Below are positions 38,543 through 48,700 of a DNA stretch of 64,000 nucleotides, piece after piece. The DNA comes from a virus (taxonomy: Duplodnaviria; Caudoviricetes), in the IMG/VR virus record IMGVR_UViG_3300046615_000115, positions 24,820-88,819 of that record. The stretch is one strand, 5' to 3'. The position numbers and the translations under genes were made by a program. The number at the start of each line of letters is the position of its first letter. Within the stretch, counting starts at the first letter, position 1. Under the pieces are notes generated by a model. That model made no database searches. It worked only from the letters and a program-made list of their open reading frames with translations, and was not told the origin of the DNA.

Positions 38543-39246
38543 TAATCCTCCATAAGACCAAGCTCTTGTAAGTGATCTTCACAATATTTTGGCCAGAAGC
38601 CGTAGTAGTCAAAATGGGCTTTATATGAAACTATCGCAGCTTCTTTCTCAGAGTCATGTCTTTTTAGCCAAATCTGCTTACCGTCTTCATCTAAAATGAA
38701 TGCAGTCCACTTATCCTTGGTCTTGTGATAACAAACACCACGATATTTAGAGGATGTGTCATCAGACTTTCTTTTATTTCTTAGATTTACTTTCCGAGGA
38801 ACCCAACGGCAATTTTCTTTGCAGTAATTACCATTATTGTCTTCCCTATCAAGATCATAACCTTTGACATAGGTGGGGAACATGTCTTCAATAAACTGTT
38901 TAGGTGTTTCAGACCAATCTTCACTCACAGATATGCCACGTCCACCGTAATTGTGGAAATCTGCATAATCTGGATTTGTACAACGCCTAATCATATCTGA
39001 CCAAGCTTGGTACAGCGGGTGTTTTGTTAGCCCGTGTGTGGTATTAGCTTCTGCAAGTGCTTTCAACCGATAACAGCCACAAGAAACAACCTTACCAGAT
39101 TTTACATCTGAAAGATTAGGAGTTGTTGATTTACCACATTCACAGACACAAACAGCAACCTTCTTACGATAAGTACCAAAGTCTTTTGTATAAATTTCTT
39201 GGATAGTAAGATAATTTACTTTATCACCAACTATAGGCATATTCAT
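38542..39246 (-). mobile_element. free-standing HNH-AP2 homing endonuclease (HEG6)
   Basis: CVCECG, SCGC, THGLTKHPLYQAWSDMIRRC, LDREDNNGNYCKENCRW, SKYRGV. Confidence 0.9.
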
Positions 39247-39337
39247 TTTTTAATCTCCGTTCAGATTGAATAGGTGGTGACTATCTAGCGAACGGGCTAG
39301 AGGGAGTTGCAATCTCTTTTCATCACCATGAAACATT

Positions 39338-40765
39338 TTAAAAATTAAACTCATTCATCTTACCGAGTGCCGGTAGGGAGAATGTAGGGATATTCAGTTT
39401 TTGTGCAAGAGTAATAAAAGCATCACTCGTAGCATCGACCTGATCATCCTTGTTATTTCTTGAGCCATCAAAACCTTCAAGCTCGCTGAAATAATCTTTA
39501 TTCCATTCAGCTTCTATGTAATCAACTAGACCAGCTTCAGCAGCAGCAGCAAATGGCTGGAAACGTACTGTTTTGCTCTTATTCGTTGGCCGCATTCTTG
39601 CATGAAACCCTTCTGCAAGAAGATCCTTAATCATCATTTGACCAGCAGCTTTACCGGCTTGACCGGGCTCTTGTGGTAAAAGAATGTTTGTTCCTTCAGG
39701 ATCATTAACAGCACACTCAATAATCTTTTGCATTACTTCGCCGTAACGTGCCCTGAAGCGGACAACATCAACAACAATATAGTGTAAAGATTTTGTCTTA
39801 GCCATTAAGACACCAACTGTCCAGTCAGGATTCGGATTCAAGTCACTAGGAAGTGTACCTGCAATATCCCATGCTCTGCAATATGAAATAATGTTTTGTT
39901 CAAACATTTTCACAGGCTGCATCCAGTCTTTTTTGAGCATGCCTGAACCAGAGGGCCGCACAAACCAGTTCCCGTAGAGGTAGCGCTGAACGTCTACATA
40001 CGGCTTAGCTTTCAGTGTGGAAATATAACCCCTGTCGTTCGCAAGGAGAACCGGGTTATCGTAACAAGTTGCACTGATAAAAGTGAAAGTTTTAATACCA
40101 CTTTCTTCGCCTTCACCATAAATTGCTTCTAGTTCTTTCCGATCATCTGCCCAAAGATACTTACCATCCTCAACTACATAGTAGCGAGTCTGTCCATCCT
40201 TAGATTGATCAGGAGTCCCGTCTTCTTGGAGGTAAGGTCTAATCCAATCAAGAGCGAACCAGTCTGGATCAGGGTTACAAGTTAGTACCATCTGCTTTTT
40301 GTGCTTGGCACGAGCCGAACGAATACGAAGGCCGAGGTATTCAATACACACTTGAGAGAAGTGTGTGGCTTCGTCAAATAACACGAAAGTATATTGAGCA
40401 CCTTGGTGCTGGAACCGATTTTGATCATGTTCCATGTGAGAGAACTTAATACTACCACCTGATGGGAATGTAATCTTCAGGTGTTTTTGATTAACTTTAA
40501 TGTTCTCTTTACCAAATACATAGGCGTACAACTCACAAGCTGTTTCCCACAAACCCCCTTGAGCCGTAAGCTCGCCAGTCGTCTTACGAAAGATGACGCC
40601 ACGCAGATAGGGGTCTGATGCGAACTTAAGTGGGTAAAGCAAAGCTACGTAACTTTTTCCTGAGCCCATCGCTCCCCCTACAATTGCGGTGTCATTTGAC
40701 TGGTGCAATATGAGGTTCTGTTTCGGCGACGAGGGCCCAATAGGACGTTCTTCTAAATCTTCCAT
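39338..40765 (-). CDS. terL: terminase large subunit
   Basis: Walker A GGAMGSGKS, Walker B VLFDEA, TCNP, nuclease DDQVDATSDAF. Confidence 0.95.
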   Translation of the reverse strand: MEDLEERPIGPSSPKQNLILHQSNDTAIVGGAMGSGKSYVALLYPLKFASDPYLRGVIFRKTTGELTAQGGLWETACELYAYVFGKENIKVNQKHLKITFPSGGSIKFSHMEHDQNRFQHQGAQYTFVLFDEATHFSQVCIEYLGLRIRSARAKHKKQMVLTCNPDPDWFALDWIRPYLQEDGTPDQSKDGQTRYYVVEDGKYLWADDRKELEAIYGEGEESGIKTFTFISATCYDNPVLLANDRGYISTLKAKPYVDVQRYLYGNWFVRPSGSGMLKKDWMQPVKMFEQNIISYCRAWDIAGTLPSDLNPNPDWTVGVLMAKTKSLHYIVVDVVRFRARYGEVMQKIIECAVNDPEGTNILLPQEPGQAGKAAGQMMIKDLLAEGFHARMRPTNKSKTVRFQPFAAAAEAGLVDYIEAEWNKDYFSELEGFDGSRNNKDDQVDATSDAFITLAQKLNIPTFSLPALGKMNEFNF

Positions 40766-40813
40766 CTATAATCCTTTAGAAAATTAGCTTCCTCTTCTAA
40801 AGGAATGCATTAC

Positions 40814-41152
40814 TTAAACTTCTTCATTAGCCTTCAAAAACAAATTGCTCATAGTCTCACGCTGGCGACCAGTCACACCTTTTGTCCCGACAAGCTTTTT
40901 AAACTCTTCCCACTCAAGACTATCTAATCCAGCTTTAGTCCACTCTTCCTTAACAATCACAACATCAACACTAGGCTCTGACTTAAGAAACTCTTCAGTC
41001 TCAATATTCATCACACACGCATGAGGATAATCATTAAAGAATCGCTCTTTCTTGTCCAACACACCACCCTTCACAGAGTATTTGATGATGTTGTCAATAA
41101 AGTTATGGCCGTAGTAATCTTGGCTTGTAATAAGCAATTTGTACTTGTTCAC
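40814..41152 (-). CDS. hypothetical protein
   Basis: 112 aa, GGAG RBS, GTG start. Confidence 0.8.
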   Translation of the reverse strand: MNKYKLLITSQDYYGHNFIDNIIKYSVKGGVLDKKERFFNDYPHACVMNIETEEFLKSEPSVDVVIVKEEWTKAGLDSLEWEEFKKLVGTKGVTGRQRETMSNLFLKANEEV

Positions 41153-41186
41153 GTTTTCTCTCCGTTGTGTTTAGTTCATAAAAGAG

Positions 41187-41215
41187 ATATTACGCTAAAG
41201 TTTTTTCAAAGTCAA
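41187..41215 (-). promoter_or_regulatory. sigma70-like promoter upstream of the terL/head operon
   Basis: TTGACT-17 nt-TAATAT. Confidence 0.8.
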
Positions 41216-41290
41216 GCTTTTGAGAATTATTTTTAAATTATTTTAGAAGTCTTAGTTGATAACTCTATATTTCAAGAGTTATCTGTAAAA

Positions 41291-41635
41291 CTACTTATCG
41301 AATGTCTCACCGATAGCCATCACATGAACAATAGTCCCATCTGGAACGGTTCGCTGTGTACTACCGAGAGCTAGAAGGTTAGCACCCCTCATAGCATATC
41401 CAGAAGCTGCTGTAGCTGTTGGTGCTGAAGATGTACTAGCAAATCCTCGATCATATGCATCCGTGTCCATCAATTGAAGCGTAGCTGTCACTACAGGAGC
41501 ATTGGTAAATCCTGCCTCTGTAAAGTCTACACTCCAGTTCCCACCAGTAGTTGTAGTGGTGATAATCCAAATGATAGGTGATCTAAGCTGAGCACCATTT
41601 CTCCAAACAAATGCTGCTGGATGTTCTGCTGCCAT
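41291..41635 (-). CDS. fibre-tip/lectin-like structural protein
   Basis: GGNWSVDFTEAGFTNAPVVTAT beta-sandwich pattern. Confidence 0.6.
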   Translation of the reverse strand: MAAEHPAAFVWRNGAQLRSPIIWIITTTTTGGNWSVDFTEAGFTNAPVVTATLQLMDTDAYDRGFASTSSAPTATAASGYAMRGANLLALGSTQRTVPDGTIVHVMAIGETFDK

Positions 41636-43852
41636 TTAAATCACCTGATACATAAATTGGAAAAAGAACGCTTGGTTTGCTACAGATGCTGATACAAACT
41701 CAATCAGTGCCCTATCATTCACAGGATCACCAAGGATGGCTGCTGAAGCACCTGCCACTGTAGCACAGTTAATAGCGCCTGCACATTGCTCAGCAGTTGC
41801 CAAGTTAGTAGCTACCGGCAAGGACATGCCTAGAATGGTTTGTTGGTTATTGTTAGTGGGGTCAATATCAACACGACCACTGACAGTAACCATATTCCCA
41901 ACTTGCATATACTGTGCAACGAAGGCCGTAGAAGCTGCAACGTTAGTAGTATTAAACAATGTAGGAGTATAAGTACCAGTAAAGATACCAAGGTTGTTCC
42001 TAGCTGCTAATGCTGTGCTGGCTCCTGTACCACCATCTGTTACTGCTAAGTCTGTAATACCAGTAATCGAACCACCAGTGATAGTCACTGAGTTAGCATT
42101 CTGTGTAGCAATGCTTCCAAGGTTCAGAGTAACCCTTGCTGCTGTAGCGTCAGCATCATCAATCAGACTTCTACCGAACACTGTCAGGGATGTTTCACCA
42201 TAAGCATCTACACCAGCCGAGTAGAACAATCTATCAGCTACAGTACCAAAGGTAGAGAACTGCTGAAGTGTGTTATCCCAAGCCTGTACATCTGCACCAA
42301 TAACCAATCCAAGGTTTGTACGAGCACCACTTGCAGTAGAGCTTCCTGTCCCACCGTCAGCAATCGTAATATCAGTGATACCTGCTACAGAACCGCCAGT
42401 GATACTCACGCTGTTACTATTCTGAGTAGCGATTGTGCCTAAACCTAGATTAGTCCGTGCAGTAGGAGCATCACTTGCGCCAGTGCCACCATCAGCGACT
42501 GTAATATCTGTAATCCCTACAACACTACCACCTGTGATAGCGACGTTAGAGGCATTCTGCAATGCCATGTCACCAAGACCCAGTGTTCCACGAGTGGTGG
42601 CAGCAGAAGTATCATCTAGGATTGTACGTGCAAAAGGAGTGAGGACTGTTTGAGCAAATGTATCTACACCAGTGCTATAGGTCAGGCCATCTGCTGCTGT
42701 AACTTGAGCAGCCAAAGCTGTCAGTGTAGCGTCAACAGGCTGGGCACCAATAGAGCCAGTTGTAATCAGTACATCACCTGTACCACCGTTGACAGTGTTT
42801 ACTACATCTTGAATGGCTGTTTTACTGAGCTTATTTGGGCTTAAAAGCGTTTCTAGCTTAGCTTTGATATCTGTGGCTGAATAGACCCGATCAGTGATTA
42901 CGTTATCAAAAACACCGCGTTGAAGAGTGGCTGTGAAGTATGGAGCACCAAGAGCATTACCCTTGAGAGCTACACTGTCAGCACGGATTTCAAAACGAAG
43001 TTGAACACCTGCACTAAGAATTACAGGGCTGTCTGTAAAGTCAAATGTATTATCACCCAATACCCAAGTAAGGCCGTCTAACTCTTTCTCCCAACTGGTC
43101 TTGTTGGGCAGATATTTAAGTACCGCACCATTACTGATCTGACTGATCTTAATGCGAACGTTGGTCATCGGTGCGTAGGTACGAAACTTAATAGCATTCG
43201 TTCTGGCATTGTTGATGACTGTGTAATCGTAAATCAGAGGATTATCAGGAAGGTTAGTATTATCTACACCTTGCGAGATAAACTCAAATTCAGATTCAAT
43301 TAGATGAAAAACTGTAGGCTCTGAAGAGATTGCAGTACGAGGGGTATAGAAGTCTACAATAGTATACTGACGTTCGTTAAGAAGGTTAGAAATACCAAGG
43401 AAACCGGCTACTTCTGAAAGCTTAAGTACGTCACCAAACTGTACCGATCCCGACTCCACGCCAAATCCAACTGGAGCGAGGATAGATCCATTATCCAGAA
43501 CACGCATGTTGGAGCCAGCGAACTCACCAGTTACAGTCTTATAAGGAATTTCACCGATTGGGACGTTGGCGAGACTTGCAACTTCACCCGGCAGACCAGT
43601 AACCACAGGCGTGTAGTCAAACCATACTCCACCAAGACGACCTTGGTAACGAGTGATTAAGTCAGGACCATCCAGAAACACTAAACGAATCAACAGATCA
43701 CTGTTTGCATCGTAGAGAGCGAGCTTAGAAGGGTTGCTTGCAAAGTAGGAATCACGAGCAGCTATCGTAGTAGCTTCATCTACTTCGTTGAATGTATTAG
43801 TCTCAACACCCATTCGTAAAGCTTTACTACGTGGGAATTCTGTAATAGACAT
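41636..43852 (-). CDS. fibre-like virion protein with ITGGS/DGGTG repeats
   Basis: Three copies of ITGGS(V/I)xGITD(I/L)xxxDGGTGxSxAxxARxNLG. Confidence 0.75.
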   Translation of the reverse strand: MSITEFPRSKALRMGVETNTFNEVDEATTIAARDSYFASNPSKLALYDANSDLLIRLVFLDGPDLITRYQGRLGGVWFDYTPVVTGLPGEVASLANVPIGEIPYKTVTGEFAGSNMRVLDNGSILAPVGFGVESGSVQFGDVLKLSEVAGFLGISNLLNERQYTIVDFYTPRTAISSEPTVFHLIESEFEFISQGVDNTNLPDNPLIYDYTVINNARTNAIKFRTYAPMTNVRIKISQISNGAVLKYLPNKTSWEKELDGLTWVLGDNTFDFTDSPVILSAGVQLRFEIRADSVALKGNALGAPYFTATLQRGVFDNVITDRVYSATDIKAKLETLLSPNKLSKTAIQDVVNTVNGGTGDVLITTGSIGAQPVDATLTALAAQVTAADGLTYSTGVDTFAQTVLTPFARTILDDTSAATTRGTLGLGDMALQNASNVAITGGSVVGITDITVADGGTGASDAPTARTNLGLGTIATQNSNSVSITGGSVAGITDITIADGGTGSSTASGARTNLGLVIGADVQAWDNTLQQFSTFGTVADRLFYSAGVDAYGETSLTVFGRSLIDDADATAARVTLNLGSIATQNANSVTITGGSITGITDLAVTDGGTGASTALAARNNLGIFTGTYTPTLFNTTNVAASTAFVAQYMQVGNMVTVSGRVDIDPTNNNQQTILGMSLPVATNLATAEQCAGAINCATVAGASAAILGDPVNDRALIEFVSASVANQAFFFQFMYQVI

Positions 43853-43861
43853 TAGAATTCC

Positions 43862-44137
43862 TTAAACGAATGGTTGAACAGAAATATGGGAGTTACCTAA
43901 AGCTACAGCTTTAGCCCACACAACCTGAGTTTCGTTTTCAATTACAATACTAGCCCGAGGTGCTAGGAGCCAACCATTCTCAGAAGAAGCTGCTGGTTGT
44001 GTAGGATTAATAATAACACGAACATCGTTAGAACTTTTATTTTGAATTACAATGGGGCTACCAGCAATAATTCCCGTAAGTGTATTACAGTCTTGGTAGG
44101 TTGCCCCGGTGAGTATCAGATCAGGAAGTGTTGCCAA
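43862..44137 (-). CDS. small putative virion protein
   Basis: 91 aa beta-rich, AAGGA RBS. Confidence 0.7.
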   Translation of the reverse strand: MATLPDLILTGATYQDCNTLTGIIAGSPIVIQNKSSNDVRVIINPTQPAASSENGWLLAPRASIVIENETQVVWAKAVALGNSHISVQPFV

Positions 44138-44184
44138 GGTTATTTCCCCTTTGAAATGTTTTATTTTTGTAGTTTTGGGGAATG

Positions 44185-44219
44185 TAATAAAGCAGCCCCG
44201 TTAGACGGGGCTATTACAT
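44185..44219 (-). terminator. terminator-like hairpin after HEG7
   Basis: AGCCCCG-TCTAA-CGGGGCT followed by GCTTTATT. Confidence 0.6.
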
Positions 44220-44220
44220 C

Positions 44221-45006
44221 TTAATCAGTAATTTCTACTTCATAGTTGTATAGAGCTTGGTACGCACGAGGATCTAGTTCGTCCTTATACTTATCAGCCA
44301 AACTTTTTAACATCTGTTCTTTCTTATCTTTGTAGCAAAGGAAAGCTTCTTCAACAGTTCCGAAAACGCCTAGATAACGACTACGTTCACCATCGCCACA
44401 CCAAGCTTCATATCTGTTTCCAGATTTACTAGGCTGTACGCCAATTGGGTAATCACCACGGAAATTCTGTCGTTTGGTTAATGCGGCGTTCACATTCTTA
44501 GGAAGGAATACGCAAGTCTCGGGAGAATAGATCTTATTACCTTTGATTAGTAAATCTTTATCTAGTTCCCAACCTTTAGTATTGAATCCCGGCTGGACAA
44601 CAGCCCACTCTTGGAAGATTGAGGAGTTATGCCAGTGAGTACAAACATTTGCGTCATAGTATGCAGGTTCAAGAGAAGCTTCGTCATAACAACGCTTCAT
44701 TAAACTTAACCACCTACGGGTTGCCGGGTGTGCTGTCTTTGTCTCTGGACTACCGTAATAACCAACACCATATACTGAAGGACACAAATAGTCTTTGATC
44801 ACACCGTCTTTAATATGATCTAACCTTGTTTTGGTCACATAACCAGTGTCAATAAACTTTACAGTAATATTTTCACAGTTCGCATACTCTGTGATTTGGT
44901 ATTTACCGTAGCTTTTGGTTTCCAGTATCTTACCTTCATATTGCTCTTTAAAACTCATAAATAAAACCCTTTTAGTCAAACTCATCAATGTCTGCAACAG
45001 GGACAT
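44221..45006 (-). mobile_element. free-standing HNH-like homing endonuclease (HEG7, DKDLL family); alternative start 44958
   Basis: WLSLMKRCY...GWELDKDLLIKGNKIYSPETCVFLPKNVN. Confidence 0.85.
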
Positions 45007-45061
45007 TGTAACAAACCCTTCACCGAAGAGTTTGCTAAAAAGGTCTTACTGTTACAATGTT

Positions 45062-45360
45062 TTTAAAGACCGTTGCAGCGGCCTATAGATAGTTGCCGAT
45101 TCACCTACCTGCCCGGTAATCAGACTCTTGGATTCTAAAAGTAAATCCACCTTCTCCACTTGATAGCTTACCTATCAGCATTTACTCTAACCATCCGCCA
45201 GAATGGTTTGGGTTAGGACTAGGCAGTCCCGATACCAGACCGCAGTCTGATTCTTTTGTTACTTAAACTGAACATTTATTGTCGAATGTCTAGGATACGT
45301 AACTTCTAAGTACCAACAAAACATCACGATATCATTACACCTAATACTGTGCAGCTTTTG
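45062..45360 (-). ncRNA. candidate structured non-coding RNA 2
   Basis: ORF-free ~300 nt with at least 7 stems, G-U polarity favouring the - strand. Confidence 0.55.
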
Positions 45361-45362
45361 TG

Positions 45363-45776
45363 TTATTCATCATCTTCTTGTTCGTCAGGATCGACATAGA
45401 CAAGGCTTAGACGTGGTTTAAGTTCTTTACTAATTTCAGCAGGGGTTTGTTCAGGCTCTTCATCTTCACGCTTACCTTTAAGGCGAGCATTGAAAGAACC
45501 AAGTTCTTCAGCAGATGCACTCTTAATAACCGAAGTAATGCTCTGAATAATCCATTTTGCGCTTGCCACACTATCAGGATTCACTTCTTTATTATTCAAA
45601 CTCTTATCAATAAGTTCAAGGGCGATATCTTGCCTTTCAAGAAGCTTATCTGCAAGGATACGCAACTTGGATTTGTTGATCCTCACACGGGAATTACCCT
45701 TGGTGTTACGGTTACTCAGCTCACCATCGAACCGGTGAGCTTTCTGAGCATCTGTTTGTGGTTTTTTATTAGCCAA
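45363..45776 (-). CDS. putative terminase small subunit
   Basis: 137 aa, basic N-terminus, helical core, acidic tail, upstream of terL; no diagnostic motif. Confidence 0.5.
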   Translation of the reverse strand: MANKKPQTDAQKAHRFDGELSNRNTKGNSRVRINKSKLRILADKLLERQDIALELIDKSLNNKEVNPDSVASAKWIIQSITSVIKSASAEELGSFNARLKGKREDEEPEQTPAEISKELKPRLSLVYVDPDEQEDDE

Positions 45777-45781
45777 TTAAC

Positions 45782-48700
45782 TCACCTTTTCCTAACCCAC
45801 TTATTTGGTGTCTGAATATATTTATACTCGATAGTTTGACCACCGGATACAGTTGTAGGTGCATTTAGAATAGTCCCTGTAACAGCGGTCAGTGTCAAAG
45901 TAGTAATGGTTTGAGTAAAAGGAATTACCACATTTTGACCATCTACAGGTGACGTTGGTAGTGCTACAGTAAGAGTTGCAAGCGTCCCTGCTGGATCAAT
46001 TATTACATCTGCTGCCGTACTAGACCCACTAGGACATTGAACAGTTGTACCCATAAGTGGTGTAAAGTATGCGTAGTCATTAATAACTTTGGGTAGTTGA
46101 GAAAACACTACTGTAGGGAGAGTAACAGATGCTACGCCGGGAGTAATTACTTTCCATCCTGCACTTGCCCCGCCAGACTGTGCGTTGTTCTCAATTACAT
46201 GACCAGCAGCATAATAAAACCCGTCTGAAGGAATTGCTGTTGCAAATTGCTTCGTTACAGAAACCAGTTTCCATTCTGCTGGTTGTCCGAGCTGCGGAAC
46301 AATCCTTTCAAAGACTGCTGTACCACCACTCGGGCAGGTGATTTCAGGAACGCCTGCTGCACTTAGGCTAATGTTTCCATTATTCCTGTATGTGTTAGCC
46401 CCGATTGCAAAATGCACAATCCTTTGGCCTGGCATTGCATATCCATGAATTGTTGATATGCGAATAGTCCTATCAGCATTTGGGGATACAAAGTAGTTTG
46501 GATGCCCAATACCGTCAACCACACCAGAAGCATCTGTGACAACAATCTTATGCTGACGATCATTCTTGAATAGACCCATACCAGTAGTACGAGCATTGTT
46601 TTGTCCAAGGTATTCCCACATAGTAACTTGGTCAAGACCTACACTAGTAGGTGCAACCATGTTGTCTGTGGTTCCTAAGATAAAACCACCTGCACCCATG
46701 GATGTACGACTAGCTACACCCTCTCGTTTGATACCACCATCACCAGCACCACCTTGAATGAATGCCGCTGCGACTGTTTGGGAGATACTGACTTGATATG
46801 TACCAGCCTTACCAGTAGCTCCAGAGAGTTGAGTAACAATCTTTGTACCTGCTGTTACTCCAGTACCCGCAATCGACATACCATTGGCGAATCTACCTTT
46901 CATGGCAGAATCACTGTTGATAAGCATCGTAGTTCCGGCTATTGATCCATTGCCACGCCCTGCACCAATAGTACCATTACCAGCATTTGCATGTCGGTTA
47001 GCGCTCCACGCCTTATGGGCAGAGTCTTGCACATCAAGACAGATACCAACAGATTCAAACCAAGTTTCATTTACTGAGTTGTTACTGCAAGCACCTTTAT
47101 CCAAGTAACCAAGGCGAGTTTTCTCACAGGCGAACCCACCCATGGAAATAACACCTGTAGCACATCTTGCAGCTTGCCCAACCCCCGGAAGGTCTGAAGT
47201 ACTTTCACCGTGACCATTAGGGCCATCAACAGCAATCTCTGCGGGATTTGGATCATATGTAATCAGCACACCATAATCAGAAATAGCATCTGGGTCAGTA
47301 TCCATACCGCCAGTATAACCATTCTCAAGTTCAATCTGACCATGTTGACCAGTGAACATGTAGCCAATACTTCCGATAGCTCCACGGACACCTACTTGGC
47401 AATCTTGAAACTTAACGAACTGGTTTGGTAAGAGTGAGTGAGCGTCTGTATACCCACCACGCGACCAAATCCCCTTGTTAAAGTTGATTACCCGAAGGTT
47501 TCTGAAAGTAGAGTGCCACAAACCACCTTGTGTGTAATCGACGTCCCACTGTGCATGCAGATACATACCCCATTGAGTTGGGTTTACAGGTGGAATATTG
47601 AAAGAGTCAGATACACCACCACTAATCGTGAGATTTCGCCAACCACACTCTGCAACGATGCCTCTGTCGATTTGGACAAGTCCATAAGTATAACCGGGAT
47701 CAGCAACTGGAAGGGCACGGATACCACAACCTCTTACACTTGTCCCTTCGCAAACAACCTTAGAATAAATTGTAGCTACAGTTACAGCCGACAACCCTTC
47801 TTGCCAGAAAAGTACACCACCGCCGTGATTCTTAAGGTATTTTTGACCATTATCAATTGCAATAGTATCGTCTACGATATTATCAGCAACACGACCAAAC
47901 TCTTCAGCGAAAACTTGACCTGTTTTTATGCGATGGAATCTACCTGTAGTGACTCCCGGCACTTGTAGTACATAACCACCATCATCTGGAGTTACTGATG
48001 TTGATTTCCATACGAAGCTCCCACCACCTCGTGGACCCCTGTATGGGTTAACAATAGCCCAACCATCAAAATAAGAAGTCATGTCATAAGTAATGCCAGA
48101 TTTTCTAGGTGCCGCTAACAAATCAGCAATCGAGAACACTGTTACTACCGAACTACCAACGTTTAATGCTGCACCGTCGGCAGCAAGATCTGTAATACTT
48201 ACTTTAGTAGAAAGGAGGCTTTCTGTATATACAGCACTAGCTTCTGCATCATTAGCAGAGTTAAGAGCATCTTGAGCACTAGTAGCAGCTTCAGAAGCTT
48301 TAGTAGTTGCTGTAGTAGCAGATGTCTGAGAAGCTGTTGCACTGTTAGCTGAGCTTGTAGCTGATGCTTGTGCAGATGTTGCAGATGTCTGTGAGTTAGT
48401 TGCTGAGATGCTGGATGCTGTAGCGCTATTTGCACTTGCTACAGAACTATTCTCAGCATTTGTAGCGCTAACGGCTGCGTTAGAAGCACTTACAGCAGCC
48501 TGAGTGGCTGACGCACTAGCGGCATTCTTACTAGCCAATGCACTAGCAGCATTATCAGCTACTTGCTGAGCCAACCCATCACTATGAGCTGTTTGATCCA
48601 ACATCAACAATTCGTTTAGAGTTGTTTGAGTTGTCTCATCTGTAATCTCAATGTTCCCAATGTTAGTGTAGCCTCTATATTCAAAGCTATAGACACTAAC

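Noticed and set aside
7031-40765. Group I/II introns or inteins in thyX, nrdJ, terL or MCP, given the many HEGs
   Set aside because: All four ORFs are continuous and of normal length with motifs in order; no intron core or intein motifs were seen.
45160-45185. Hammerhead ribozyme core (CTGATAG on the - strand)
   Set aside because: No GAAA after stem II and no stem I/III geometry.
48199-48560. Ala/Ser-rich DNA repeats in the tailspike as a mobile or tandem repeat element
   Set aside because: Low-complexity coiled-coil coding sequence typical of Stf-like fibres.
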